Assembly: GCA_001600815.1 (NCBI GenBank)
Contig: BCKZ01000021.1
Span: 62,001 to 126,000 of the forward strand
Source: Alloascoidea hylecoeti
Lineage: Eukaryota
DNA length: 64,000 nt
Direction of reading: 5' to 3'
The notes beneath the pieces were generated by a model. It did not search any database. It saw nothing but the letters and a program-made list of their open reading frames with translations, and was not told the DNA's origin. The translations under genes were made by a program, and so were the position numbers. Positions 1-11,734 of the stretch are shown piece after piece. Every line of letters starts with the position of its first letter. Positions within the stretch are counted from its first letter, which is position 1.

Positions 1-989
1 ACTCTAAGCATGCTTTCATATTCGAGAATGCAAGCATATAAAATTATACCAAACTTACCACATTGGTCAATTCGGACAATTACGTTTCTTTAATCACCGG
101 CAGTAAGATCACAGGAAGCTTTCCCAAGTGATCATCCACAATGATAAGGAATAAATCTGGTTAAAAACTCGGCAATTACTCCTCATCAATCTCTTGGACG
201 TATAATATTGGCAGCTATTCAGATTCTACAACTGCATTGATTTGTATTATGCATAAGTCTTATAGCTATAGTATGACAAGCATCAGATATGAAAAACGTT
301 CCTTTATATTCCCAATCTGTTACACCGACTCATTGAACATCTTTTTCATTTATATAATATTACTATATGAGTCTGAGATGCTGTTTGGAATTTTTATAAG
401 AGTGAGGATTGGCCGTTTGGCCAAAGAACTAACTAGAGGTTGTTAAGACTTCTCTTACCATATTAGGAGAAACCCTTTGTTCGTTAAAAACAAAAAGGAT
501 ACTTAATTTCTTCAATGGGTAGTCAACTCGTGCCGTATAGAAATATTATTGTATATATATATATATGTGGATGTTATCTATAATGAAACTATATAAAGTT
601 AAAGCTTGAAATTGCAGTTATAAGTTAAAAGAATAATATAATTTATTACCTATTCATTCATAATATTGTCAATCTCCGTTGAAATAATGAAGTACCTAAG
701 GTTTATACTATGAGTATAACTTATTATAAGGTTTTATAACATGTTTTTCATATTATCATCACGCAATGTTCAATTTCAACTTAAAGTTCTAATTCCAGTA
801 ATCATAAAGAATCTCGGAGTTCCATATTGGCAAAAATTTTTAAGATTGAACAAGAAAATCGATACCGTTAAAACACATACATGTACTATTAAAGGTTTTC
901 TCTACTGTATCAATTGAAATTGCATAATTAACATATATCAGTGGATTATAACTCCTGTAATTACATACTTTTCCTCCTCTATTTTAGTT

Positions 990-3476
990 TCAGCCAATCC
1001 ATCCCTCAAACTCTTGGGGAAATAATTCATTTTCCCGCTTCTTATATCCAAGATCTTCCATTTCTTTAGTATATCGTCTACAATTATAAAATTGAACCAA
1101 TGCTCTTAGTGCAACTTCTTGTGGATAAGCATCTTCCAACTCCCCATTGATATCGCATCCCACTAGCCAATCATCCCGTAGTCCCAGTTTGCAATGAAGA
1201 TATACAGCCGATATCAGATCCATATTATTGCATTTCCATTTTCTGCCACTAAACGGGACAAGTTCTTTTACAATTGGTAAAACTGATGTCCAGAGATCAA
1301 CTTGATAAACACTTAATAATTTTCGAAAAGTATCTGAAGGTTTTAACTCCGCCAAAAAAATAATTCTCTGTGTCTTATTGTGCAAGCAGCTGTATAATGT
1401 TTTTAATAAATTAATTGAACTAAACATATATCTCCATGAAAAATTATCAATTTGATCAAATTTTGATTGATCAAAATCTAAAACACTATGATTATCCATT
1501 TGAGGATCTAATGCTATATCACTAGAAGAATTTGCCGATAATTCTCGACATACCATGAAAAAATCAAACTTTGGAACATCTAATATAGTCAGTGCCTTAT
1601 TCGAAACTGTCTGATTTGCAAAATATCTTAAAACAAGTAAAAAATATCTACAGTCGAATAACAACGAAGAAAAGTATTCAAACTTCAGAACGTGTGACAG
1701 TTTTAGCCATCTTGATAATTGATACAATACAGCAGATACTGTCTTTAAAGTGATTTCTTTGGCCCTTAGAATGTCAACTTTGTTTAAATCAAAATGAGGA
1801 CTAGTTGGCCTATTGGATATATACTCTGCAGATTTATCATTTTTAGGATCAACAGTAGTAGCATTCATTGTGCCAGAAACACTGGCTATAATTACTTTTA
1901 GCAAAACAACAACAAATGAGTTCATACAAGGTAAAGTAAGCCGATAGAACTTGTCTACTCGATTTAGAGCTTTTCTCTCTTTGTTATATTTAACAGTCGT
2001 AGGTGTTAAATATCCTTCTCGTAGACTTTCAACAAAAATATCTGTTTCGTTTTCAATTGCATTTGTCCAACCTCTTTCCTGTTTCATAAACTTATCTCTC
2101 TCATCCCATAATTGTTTGGTAGCTAAACTGGTATAGACTCTTGATGCAAATAATTCACCAGCCTCTTTAATACTAAATGGAACTTCTCCATCACCAGGGA
2201 AAATTAGAGGATAACTTTGATCAATTTGGAAGTTAGATCTTTTAACCTTTTGCCCTGGAGCGGCTAATGGAGTTGAAGGCGGAGATGGCGCAGGTGTTGC
2301 TATATGAACTACAGGTGTTGGCAATTGCATTGCAGCAGACACAGTACTCCCCGGTCTAGGGACCTGAATGAATTGTGATATACTCTGGGTGTTTTCAAAC
2401 CATTTTGGGACGGTTGATTGAGGTGGGACATAACTTGGATACTTTGCAGTAATATCTTGTCTGAATGCTTGATAATCCAAAGGAGATGCAATTACTTGAT
2501 TATCTAACGGCTCCTTGACTTTATGAATCTTGTGTAGATATGTCTTGGCTTTATTATATCTTTCGAGCCCGCCGAATTGAGAGAGAATCAATTTCCAAAA
2601 AATCGATATTGCATTTCGTAACGGCATATCACCAGCACTTTGCCATCGTAATTTGGAAATATATTGTGCAAAGAATGGTAATACCGGTGGCTCTAATTCG
2701 TCAATATCGTCAACAAAATCATCATTTTCAGATAATGATTGTAATAGAAAGTGTAATATAGTAAAAGAGTAATATAGATTTATTGTATTTGAATCATTTT
2801 TCTGGGGGTTAAAAGTTTCACTTGTATTCAATTTGATGTTATCATAAAGGGGTATTAATATTGCAGACTCCCATAACAACTGACAATTTTGCTTAATTTG
2901 TTCAATTTGATCATCCACCGATTTTGTGCAGCCATAAGCCCCAGCTGCAATGTAAAAGAGATTTTTCAAACCAGCTACTTGTTGTAATGAATCATTTGTC
3001 TCCAACGAATCTATAATTCTCAAAATAAACATATTTTTTTCATCTACTGAAGCATTCGACCAATTGCTAGTGACTGATTTATCGAAGTCATTTCTAATAT
3101 CTATCAAGTGCTTGTTGTCATCATAAACAAACCAATCTTCGATTTCCTTCTTAAATGTGTTCTGATCAGTAAATTCAAAGTTTATTTTTGGTATGGAACT
3201 AACCGCATCTTTAGCTAACTCATTAGCACGTTCGTCCAGGGATTGCTGAAATTGGGCATCAGAGAGCTGTTCAGCGAAATCTGGCGTATTTAGAGGTTTT
3301 CCCTGAGTCAAATGATCTATTATAAATTCATCATTTGTGATGTTATTATCGGTATCGATGTTTAGCCCCACACCGTTAGGACCGTTCAGGCTGTTATTTC
3401 CATACAACAACCTTCTACCACCGTGCGAAGGAGAAGGGGTACCTGTGTCTATCAAATCCGTCAGGTCTTGTTCCAT
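990..3476 (-). CDS. FAR11: Far11/STRIP1 family STRIPAK subunit (N1221-like + DUF3402)
   Basis: Long ORF with family motifs (SPLDYQAFRQDITAKYPSY, PVVHIATPAPSPP, FSGRKWKCNNMDLISAVYLHC, EVALRALVQFYN). First ATG is at 3476; the track start is not an ATG. Confidence 0.9.
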   Translation of the reverse strand: MEQDLTDLIDTGTPSPSHGGRRLLYGNNSLNGPNGVGLNIDTDNNITNDEFIIDHLTQGKPLNTPDFAEQLSDAQFQQSLDERANELAKDAVSSIPKINFEFTDQNTFKKEIEDWFVYDDNKHLIDIRNDFDKSVTSNWSNASVDEKNMFILRIIDSLETNDSLQQVAGLKNLFYIAAGAYGCTKSVDDQIEQIKQNCQLLWESAILIPLYDNIKLNTSETFNPQKNDSNTINLYYSFTILHFLLQSLSENDDFVDDIDELEPPVLPFFAQYISKLRWQSAGDMPLRNAISIFWKLILSQFGGLERYNKAKTYLHKIHKVKEPLDNQVIASPLDYQAFRQDITAKYPSYVPPQSTVPKWFENTQSISQFIQVPRPGSTVSAAMQLPTPVVHIATPAPSPPSTPLAAPGQKVKRSNFQIDQSYPLIFPGDGEVPFSIKEAGELFASRVYTSLATKQLWDERDKFMKQERGWTNAIENETDIFVESLREGYLTPTTVKYNKERKALNRVDKFYRLTLPCMNSFVVVLLKVIIASVSGTMNATTVDPKNDKSAEYISNRPTSPHFDLNKVDILRAKEITLKTVSAVLYQLSRWLKLSHVLKFEYFSSLLFDCRYFLLVLRYFANQTVSNKALTILDVPKFDFFMVCRELSANSSSDIALDPQMDNHSVLDFDQSKFDQIDNFSWRYMFSSINLLKTLYSCLHNKTQRIIFLAELKPSDTFRKLLSVYQVDLWTSVLPIVKELVPFSGRKWKCNNMDLISAVYLHCKLGLRDDWLVGCDINGELEDAYPQEVALRALVQFYNCRRYTKEMEDLGYKKRENELFPQEFEGWIG

Positions 3477-3527
3477 CGCTGTTGCTGTTAAAACCCCTGC
3501 TCTGCAGCTTCCCAAGGTATGCGATCT

Positions 3528-3535
3528 CCGGGTAA
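3528..3535 (+). promoter_or_regulatory. Reb1-type site (CCGGGTAA) in the FAR11/LSM12 divergent promoter
   Basis: Exact CCGGGTAA in the 135 bp between two head-to-head ATGs. Confidence 0.5.
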
Positions 3536-3611
3536 CACTACCACAGAAAACAGAAGATGGGCAGTATTAATTGCTGCTAACTACAACTTTCACTGCTCAG
3601 CCGTTTCTACA

Positions 3612-4244
3612 ATGGCATCCCTCGACAACATCATAGGCTTGCCGGTTAGGCTCACCACCATCCTAGACAATGACATAACCGGCAAGCTCTATGCCTACTG
3701 CCCCACTACAGACACAGTCACGCTAATAGAGGATAAACGTAGCAATGAGTCTGAAAGTGCCAGCAATAGTACCTCTAATGGACAGAATTTCAGAATCGTC
3801 AAAATTGCTTTTTTAAAAGGCATCACCGTTTTGGATAAAAAGGCTGCTGCCAAACAAATCAGGGAATCTCACGCTCGTCAGGGCTCTAGTTTGGCTACAC
3901 CGAATCCATTCGAAACATCTTCCCCTGCCATTTCTCCGGTTTCTGTCTCCTCAATTACAAAGACAAAAGCAAATGCTTTAAAATCACTTACTTTGGCAAA
4001 TATGACCAAAGGTAAAGACGTTTCTTTAGAAGCTCAGGACATTTTCGATGCTATTTTCAAAACTATACAGCACACAAGATGGGCTGATAAATCAATAATA
4101 GTGTTGGATGAAGTAAGAATTGACCCTCCTTATACTGTTGAATCTTGTAAAGCAAAAGACTCAAATTCACAAGCCTTAGATTTAGTTAAAAAAATTGTTG
4201 ATGGTGCCCGAAAAAAAATCGATCAAGAAAGAAAAGGTGGTTAA
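3612..4244 (+). CDS. LSM12: Lsm12 (Sm-like N-terminus + anticodon-binding-like AD domain)
   Basis: GLPVRLTTILDNDITGKLYAYC; GKDVSLEAQDIFDAIFKT...W.DKSIIVLDEVRIDPPY. The ATG at 3612 is the likely start; 3519 is an in-frame alternative. Confidence 0.85.
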   Translation: MASLDNIIGLPVRLTTILDNDITGKLYAYCPTTDTVTLIEDKRSNESESASNSTSNGQNFRIVKIAFLKGITVLDKKAAAKQIRESHARQGSSLATPNPFETSSPAISPVSVSSITKTKANALKSLTLANMTKGKDVSLEAQDIFDAIFKTIQHTRWADKSIIVLDEVRIDPPYTVESCKAKDSNSQALDLVKKIVDGARKKIDQERKGG

Positions 4245-4405
4245 ATATTTCGTTATTTGTTATGGTCATTAAAAATTAATTTAGTATTAGTCTTATTATT
4301 ATATAACTAATAAAATTATTAACAACATACAAAACCCAAACTTATTACTAAATATAGTAAATGATGTATGCTTTCTAAATTACACAATAATTGTAACCCT
4401 GAGCC

Positions 4406-5467
4406 TTAGTGAACCAAATGCCAATGAACTTCAACAGAATCAAATAGCGTGAGACCTTTCTGATGTGTTCCTTTAAACCCATCCATTTCCCTCCAATTTA
4501 TAGAGAAACTACCATTCTTCTCGTTAAAAGTCCACTCCTTTTTATTTTTTAGAAAAGTCTCGAAAAATATATTCATCCAAAAATACGCTCCTCCGACAGT
4601 TAAGTCTCTTGATCCAGGTGCCCTTTGTAGAAATGTGAAGCAAGTATCAGATTTAATCAATACAGGACCATTTTTGGGTATTAGCGTTAAATTATGTTTC
4701 TGGTAACTATCAATATCATCCAAACAAAAGGTATAAATTTCCTCAAATTCTAAACCGTCTTTTATATATTCGACAACTCCAACCTCTAGATTTCTAGTGG
4801 TATGTCGTATCTTGATGAAATCTATCGCAGCAGGTATATTTTCATAGAACCCATATTTTTTATTTATGGGCAACCATGGAGAAATCTCTTTGGTAACAGC
4901 GATCCAATCGGCATAATACTCTAGGTATCGAATCTGACTATATATGGAGATTCCCTTTCCAAAACCTAATCCACGCCGCATCCTCTTTTCTGTGAACAAA
5001 TCCATGGCCTCTGTAGTGGAAAAGCCCAATTTTCCAATAAGATATGCACAAGCCATTGAACCAGATCTTCCTTTACCAGCTTTACAATGAAGAACGGCAA
5101 CATTTTTCTCATCCTCACTTAAATAAGCATGGATGGAGTTTACTATAACCGGAATCATGTTAAACGGAGGAGGGTTATGATCTTTAAAAGGGAAATGTGT
5201 AACTCTTCCACATAATTCAGAATCATCATAGCCACAACCTTCAGCCCTGAACTCCCAGATAGCCCAATTATCACCGTGATGGTATTCTAAGTATTTCCTT
5301 AATTCTTTAACGTTATTTCGGTACAATGTTTTGGGGAATTGAGAGGTGGGACCAGCTGATACTATTAAGCGTTTTGTAATATAAGCCATGTCAAGCTGAA
5401 CATCTAAGTTGGCATCACTAACAGGAATATGTCTCGTTGAAACTACACTTTTCAATAAAGCCACCAT
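4406..5467 (-). CDS. TEP1: PTEN-like phosphoinositide phosphatase
   Basis: LDMAYITKRLI N-terminus, FPFKDHNPP acid loop and HCKAGKGRSG P-loop. Confidence 0.88.
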   Translation of the reverse strand: MVALLKSVVSTRHIPVSDANLDVQLDMAYITKRLIVSAGPTSQFPKTLYRNNVKELRKYLEYHHGDNWAIWEFRAEGCGYDDSELCGRVTHFPFKDHNPPPFNMIPVIVNSIHAYLSEDEKNVAVLHCKAGKGRSGSMACAYLIGKLGFSTTEAMDLFTEKRMRRGLGFGKGISIYSQIRYLEYYADWIAVTKEISPWLPINKKYGFYENIPAAIDFIKIRHTTRNLEVGVVEYIKDGLEFEEIYTFCLDDIDSYQKHNLTLIPKNGPVLIKSDTCFTFLQRAPGSRDLTVGGAYFWMNIFFETFLKNKKEWTFNEKNGSFSINWREMDGFKGTHQKGLTLFDSVEVHWHLVH

Positions 5468-5730
5468 TTTGGGTATGTGAATATAATAGATATGTGCAAA
5501 GTTTTGATAAAGCGCCGGTTATAAAAGCAAACGAACAAACTGTGAAAACGAGTGTTGAAAAAATTAAATGAATATTAATAAAAGAAGAAAGACATAGGAA
5601 GATAGTTCTGGACAGGCACCTGATGATACATATGAGAACGCCTGCGTATTTAACAGCACCCTCCTTTTTCATTTTTTCCCACAAAACATAACCTCGAGAT
5701 CTCAGTATAAAATACAGTTACTATATAAAA

Positions 5731-6198
5731 ATGGTCAAATTAACCCAATTAGAGGAAGACAGCGAAAACGAAATTTTAGAACAAACCGCAGGGAATTTAG
5801 TTCTTGATGACGGATTCACAGATACAGATTCCGAAGTTTCTGATGATGAGGATGACTTTTTTGATATCGAAAATGAGACTTTTGTTGAACGAATTATTGC
5901 TTTGAAAGATATTCTCCCACCACAGCAAAGAACAAACATTGTTAACTTTGCTAATGGAGTCACAAACTTTGCTACATCAAGTGTAACCAACACAGGTAAA
6001 TTTATCTGGGTTATTACAACAAGTGTCTTGCTTGTGGGTACCCCCTTAGCTTTATCAATCCTTAGTGAACAACAATTGATAGAACAAGAAAAAGAAATGA
6101 ACTTTGATAATAAAGATGTATGTGAACTTAGTTATATGTGAATATTAAAGATCTTTTATACTAACATTAATCTATAGGTTATTGCTCCTGGTGCCTAA
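5731..6198 (+). CDS. TOM22: Mitochondrial import receptor Tom22, 2 exons (5731-6117, 6178-6198)
   Basis: Acidic N-terminus, ETFVERIIALKDILPP and TM WVITTSVLLVGTPLAL. Intron 6118-6177 is GTATGT..TACTAAC..TAG; the last exon encodes VIAPGA*. Confidence 0.92.
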
Positions 6199-6771
6199 GT
6201 GCCTTTTGTGCTTGTTATCATCCTCCTATCCATAGATTCTACGGGTAAACTTGTTATTATCTATAATTATCCCCTTTCTGGTTGCTGTATATTCATATTA
6301 TATCTTTGTTTTAGTGATTTATTTTTATTTTGTTCAATTGGGAATATCTGTAAATATGAACCAATTTGATCAATAAATCTGAACAGATGCATGTCATCTA
6401 TATAGTTTTACCTCAATACAAATCAATTATAAAAGAAACATTATTATAGATATTGTAGGATAATTGGTTATTAAACTCCAATAATAGGATTGTGATAATT
6501 CAAATGATTTATAATATTTCTGTGAAGTACAGTCAACAAAAAAGCTAATCAATGTAATAAATTTAAACCTATACCTATTAAACTAGCAACTGTCTATATA
6601 TTAATAACTTTCACAGTTGCAATTTTATAATAATATAACTCACTTAAATAAACGATCTATAATATTAAAGCAACCCATAAAAGTATGATACGATTGAAAT
6701 TAATATATTTAAACCAATTCACCTGTCTTCATGTCATCCAGCTTCTTGTCATCCAGCTTCTTGTCCGATAG

Positions 6772-8523
6772 TCATTCAATCTTCTTATGTTTAATGCTTA
6801 GACACCAAATATCCAAATAAGTAGTGATTTCGGTAATAACTTCCATTACAAAACTACCATAAACACCAACGCTTGTACCAAAACCAAACCAAACCAGTTT
6901 ATTAGCGACCAAAGCACTATCAACACTGTAAATATGTGTAAATATGTAATAGGCTACAATCTGTAATAATGGAAACAGCGTTAATATGTTGAAATAAGGG
7001 AATGATTGTAATGTCAGATGTGCTGTGATTATACGACCAACAGTGAATGCAGCGGTGGCACCAATTTGGAAAATATATGGTAAAATATCGGTTTCCATTA
7101 TTGATGGAGCAGCCATGACAAATAAGAAAACAGCAGAGTAATAAACAAAGAATGGAATAATCCCTCTAAGTGCGGGATATGCTGGCTTATTTTGTTTTCT
7201 GTAAAACTTAACGACATTATCAGAAGCAGATAAAATATTGAATAATAAACCAAAAGCACCTAAAACAACGTAAGTTTCGGTTGGCGTCAAAACCTTTAAA
7301 ATTTGTTTTACTTGACCTGGAAGTGTTGAATTTTCGATTTGAAGAACATCTATGTTAAAGAGATCAACAAATGGTGTGGTCCATACTTGTGGGCCCCAAA
7401 TACCACTAACGAAATGACAAGCTGCAATAAGTAGAATTCCTTCAACTGGACCAGATATAGCTGAAAGGTAAAGAACTCCAGTATGGTATTCTTCCCAAGT
7501 ACTAAGGTAAAAGTTGCATTGAGCTATGATAGTCTCTGTGTTAGGTGAAATACATAGATCCATAAAATAAATCACACATACTGGCAAATTGAGAAATAAG
7601 GAGTAATGGAGAATAACCCATTCCAGTTGTAGAAGCAAAAATGATTCCTCCTAGCGTTGTATTGACGGCATCGACACCTAGTTCTCAGATATCATGGTTA
7701 ATAAAAAATGCTTCCAGAAAGATGATTTAAGAAAAAAGAAGGACTTGATTTTTACTTACAATGATCAAATAATTCTCCTAAAGGACCACTTTGTCCTGTT
7801 CTTCTACTATAATAATAACGTATGAATGTAAGTCTCGCGAATTGGGACAGAAAAAATATGTCCTTTCTTTAATTTGGTACGTACGCGTGAGAACCATCGC
7901 AAGCATCAAAAGTCTGGTAAAAGAATATACCAATACCATAAGTAAAGTAGACCCAAGAAGGAGATGGTTGAGTTAAGGTAGGATCATAATAAATAACAGT
8001 AAGAAGATTGATGATTATAAAACCCAAACCCAGAAGTGTAATCTAAGGATACTGTATTAATTCATGTTTAAGGCACTATGAAATTATTCACAAAGAATAA
8101 GTAAAACAGTAATCAACATACCATATTAGGTCTATTAACAAGTTATGATTAGAGTCCAGTAAATATATATATTAGTTGGTGATATAGTACTTACGCCATC
8201 CATGTTGGGAATATCAAGACAAACTTGGCCCAAAAAGGTCTCAAAATGTATTTAGCAACCAAAGAATGATCCTCACTTCCATACCTATTAATGGGATAAA
8301 AAAAGTAGTGTCAGTAACAGCGGTTGCTATAATGGATTTTGAAGACCACAAAGTGTTATTCTTCTTAAAAAAAAATCATAAATCAACAAAGAAAAATGTG
8401 AAGGAACAAGTTGGCAACTACCAGAGGACTGCTAACTATACTTATTAGGAAGACATATGGAAACGAGACATACTTGTACTTTTTCAAGTTCGGCAAAGCC
8501 GATACTGGTAAATATATGCCCAT
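6772..8523 (-). CDS. CDP-alcohol phosphotransferase (choline/ethanolamine phosphotransferase, EPT1/CPT1 family), 7 exons
   Basis: Exons 8523-8474, 8284-8195, 8131-8122 (10 nt), 8042-~7885, 7806-7760, 7677-7582 and 7523-6772, all GT..AG. The spliced protein has KYKYGSEDHS, WMAPNMITL, DACDGSHARRTGQSGPLGELFDHCVD and STWEEYHTG. EPT1 vs CPT1 cannot be resolved. Confidence 0.9.
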
Positions 8524-8969
8524 GTTGCTGGTAGTAGAGAACAGTTGATAGTATAGCTATAGGTGGTGGTGAATGTCAAGTAAAAGAAAATAATGAAGCT
8601 TAAGTATTTTCTGGAATATGAAATTTCGCATATGCAAAAAGTGTTGGGCCAACTGAGTTTTCACGCTCCAAAATATAAAAGATCGCTAATTATAATTCCA
8701 TAAACCTTTAAATATTAATAATAATACTCTGAATTTCAAGAATTGCAACCTGTTATGTAGAATTTGGTCTATTTGGTTTTAATTAATTTTGGTCGAAGGT
8801 GGTCATGATACACCATATAAGGATACTACACAGTAAAGATCTACTGATTAACTACGTATACTTCAATACAGAATATTTATAACGTTAAATGACACCTTAA
8901 GCTTGAATTTTTAGTTGTAATTGAATAATATTAACCGTTAGATAAGCAAAAATTATACAAAGAAACTCC

Positions 8970-11399
8970 TCAACTCTGCCTTTTATTCATACCCCAATTA
9001 ACATTCTTGGAGATTGGTGGGTCTCCTAATCCTAAAAGCAATGATGTCTCACATACACTACTCATCTCTGATTTGAAAAATGGCCGGCTACTACTACCAA
9101 GGGCATCCTCTTTTAAAAGCCCTTCAGGTGGTAGGTTATGACCGCTTTTATCCTGCTGAACTGTTATTAACGGCGAAAAGGGTCGAAGCTTATCACTAGA
9201 GCTACGATAAGTAATCACTTCATCCCATTTTGCTGGTACTGATACCGAAATATATTCTCGCGATTTATTTTCTAACATTCTCATATCCATTGAAGGAGAA
9301 ACGGCCATTTTATGTCTCACAAATGACGGACTTGAGAGAATCCTAAAATCTAGAATAGATGATTCTTCAAAGTATTCTTCATCAATGTAATTTGATCTAT
9401 CAATGCTACTATTAATAATTGTCGGATCGGCATCATCAGACGATTTCTCAAAATCAATTTGAATGTTTTCCTCGTTATAGCTATCTTCATGTTTATCCAA
9501 AGTAGTTTCGTTGCCGACCGCATTTTCCGTTTCCGAATTACAAACTGAATCCGAATCCGAATCCGAATCCAAGCCCGAATTACAAACTGATGATGATTCT
9601 GAGTCTGAATCCGAACTCTCTTCATTAATATTAATATTTCTCTCAGATTCTACATCAATCGATTTAACCGGTGATGACGTTTCTTTGATGGAATCAATCA
9701 CAGGTGGGATTTCACGAAGTGATACATCATTTGTTTCTATTTTCAGATCATGATCAGTATTTTGGATATCAGTATTAGGGTATTTCACTGGATTTAACAA
9801 AGAGCTAATGCTCAGCCTACTAGTATGGTCCTTAGCAGTATGTTCAACATTCTTGTGGAGAGACTTAATTTGAGATAATACAGAATTTTCCTTTTTTATA
9901 GTCATAAATGACGTAGAAATTACTGAACTTGTAGGCTTCAATTCAGAACATGGGCTTGAGGGGGGTATGATTCTCGTATTAGTTGATTTCTTGTTCTTTG
10001 ATTTAGTATCATAATTATCAGATATCTTTCTTTTTGATGGCAAAGTTGTAGACTGCTGAGAATAATTCAAAACCTTATTTGTTACAAATTTAGTTTTCCT
10101 TTTATCCTTTTTGGTGTCATCTGTGAAAATCAAATCTGTAGATTTAGATCGCTGATAAGGTTGTTTCTTAAGATATGGACGTTTTTTCTTCTTACCCATT
10201 TTCATTGGTATCTTCTCTGAATTCTCGACAGAAAAAGAATGCACTTTTAGTATTACTTTAAGAGCCGGTTTTTCTTTCATATTTTGAAAAAAATCTGATT
10301 TGTCAGTTAGAGGTTTTCTATGTGTGATTTGTTCAGATGGTATATTTATAGAAGTATTTGAAGATGAATTTGAATTGAAGCTGGCATAAGAATTAGAATC
10401 ATTAACAATTCTAGTTATCGGTCGAGTTACTACTTGAGGTGGTGTCGATCCGTCTGAGTTGTAACTAGATGGTGATCTTCCTCTAATTATTAATGGTGGA
10501 GTTTCAAGTAGAGCAATACAAATGAAGCATTCATCAGCTGGAAGGTAACATGTTAACTCAACTTGAAGTTTAGAAAAACCACAATTTGAAGGGCCCTTTC
10601 TACTATTTGGTGGAGCACTAAATTGTACTCTTTCATATCTGGCTACTCTAGCAATTTTATCTTTGGGATATAATTCCATGAATTCAGATCTATTAATATC
10701 GTTGTTCCCGCCGGGATACCAAAATTCTCTATTCAAACCTTCAATTTTCGCTTTGTTTCTGGCATTCGAAGCTTCGACGACGGTATCATGTGTAGGAAGT
10801 TTTGCTGGAACACAAGGAAAAATAGGAGGCGCACATCGAGGACCTTTATCTCTTTTTGCAGTATGTTGGATCAAAGGTACATCTTCGCGCTCATCACAAG
10901 ACATAGCTCGTAATCTGAGTGCAAAATAAGAAATTCTAATCTTGATACCGTTTTTATCTTTAAGAAACATGGGGGTTTCGGGGATATTAAAATCAGTCTC
11001 TGGATTAAAGTTATATGAAGCCACAACAGAAAAATAGTTCCTTTTATACCCGATCCATTGGCGATCTTCTTGAATAATACCACGGTCAATTCTAGCAAAA
11101 ACAACTGGAGTGATTTCGTTTCCATCAATATCAAATAATTCACGCTTCAATAAGGTATCTGAGAATTCGGGCCCAATTTTATATTGTAGAGTCGACCTTG
11201 GGGCCACTTTGGTACGATCCGAATTAATTGAGATTTTTCTTCTTGAAGGTTTCATTTCATATTCTTCATCACTATAATCACTTGAGGAGCATTTCAGTTT
11301 TCGACTAGTGGCAATTGATCTAGACATTTCCCTGGACTTTAAATTTGCCTTTGTCTTTTTGGCCCTAGGTTCCACCCACACACTGTCGTTCTCTGGCAT
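8970..11399 (-). CDS. NDT80: Ndt80/PhoG-family transcription factor with long low-complexity C-terminus
   Basis: ARIDRG..W.GYKRNYFSVV, LIQHTAKRDKGP, VARYERVQF and PLIIRGRSPSSY. Confidence 0.85.
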   Translation of the reverse strand: MPENDSVWVEPRAKKTKANLKSREMSRSIATSRKLKCSSSDYSDEEYEMKPSRRKISINSDRTKVAPRSTLQYKIGPEFSDTLLKRELFDIDGNEITPVVFARIDRGIIQEDRQWIGYKRNYFSVVASYNFNPETDFNIPETPMFLKDKNGIKIRISYFALRLRAMSCDEREDVPLIQHTAKRDKGPRCAPPIFPCVPAKLPTHDTVVEASNARNKAKIEGLNREFWYPGGNNDINRSEFMELYPKDKIARVARYERVQFSAPPNSRKGPSNCGFSKLQVELTCYLPADECFICIALLETPPLIIRGRSPSSYNSDGSTPPQVVTRPITRIVNDSNSYASFNSNSSSNTSINIPSEQITHRKPLTDKSDFFQNMKEKPALKVILKVHSFSVENSEKIPMKMGKKKKRPYLKKQPYQRSKSTDLIFTDDTKKDKRKTKFVTNKVLNYSQQSTTLPSKRKISDNYDTKSKNKKSTNTRIIPPSSPCSELKPTSSVISTSFMTIKKENSVLSQIKSLHKNVEHTAKDHTSRLSISSLLNPVKYPNTDIQNTDHDLKIETNDVSLREIPPVIDSIKETSSPVKSIDVESERNININEESSDSDSESSSVCNSGLDSDSDSDSVCNSETENAVGNETTLDKHEDSYNEENIQIDFEKSSDDADPTIINSSIDRSNYIDEEYFEESSILDFRILSSPSFVRHKMAVSPSMDMRMLENKSREYISVSVPAKWDEVITYRSSSDKLRPFSPLITVQQDKSGHNLPPEGLLKEDALGSSSRPFFKSEMSSVCETSLLLGLGDPPISKNVNWGMNKRQS

Positions 11400-11734
11400 G
11401 CTAAAATATGTATTAGCTTCGGTAGTTACATATTTGAAATAATTGGAGTACCTTGTGGAGGTTAGGTGAGTAAAAATGGTCAGAAAACAATGATTTCTAG
11501 AGGTGTCACAAAGACAGAAGTTGTCATGATAACCGCTGAGATAAGTTGGTGCTCTTTCCCGTGTGTGATGTGAGTTACACTCAGAGGTATGACAATTACG
11601 CGCATTTAAAGTCCGCTCGAAGGATAAGTAGTTTTACAGTATAAATGTTCAGAATCAAATAAAGGTTTATTCAGCCGATATGTTTACTAGCTATTCAATT
11701 ATTCACGTAAAGCCAACATATAAAACATTACATT

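Noticed and set aside
11401..11528. Upstream exon or 5' intron for NDT80, and an MSE-like GTCACAAAG (11505-11513)
   Set aside because: An acceptor-like signal exists, but the donor (GTACTC) is non-consensus and the upstream ATG frame stops. The MSE has a mismatch.
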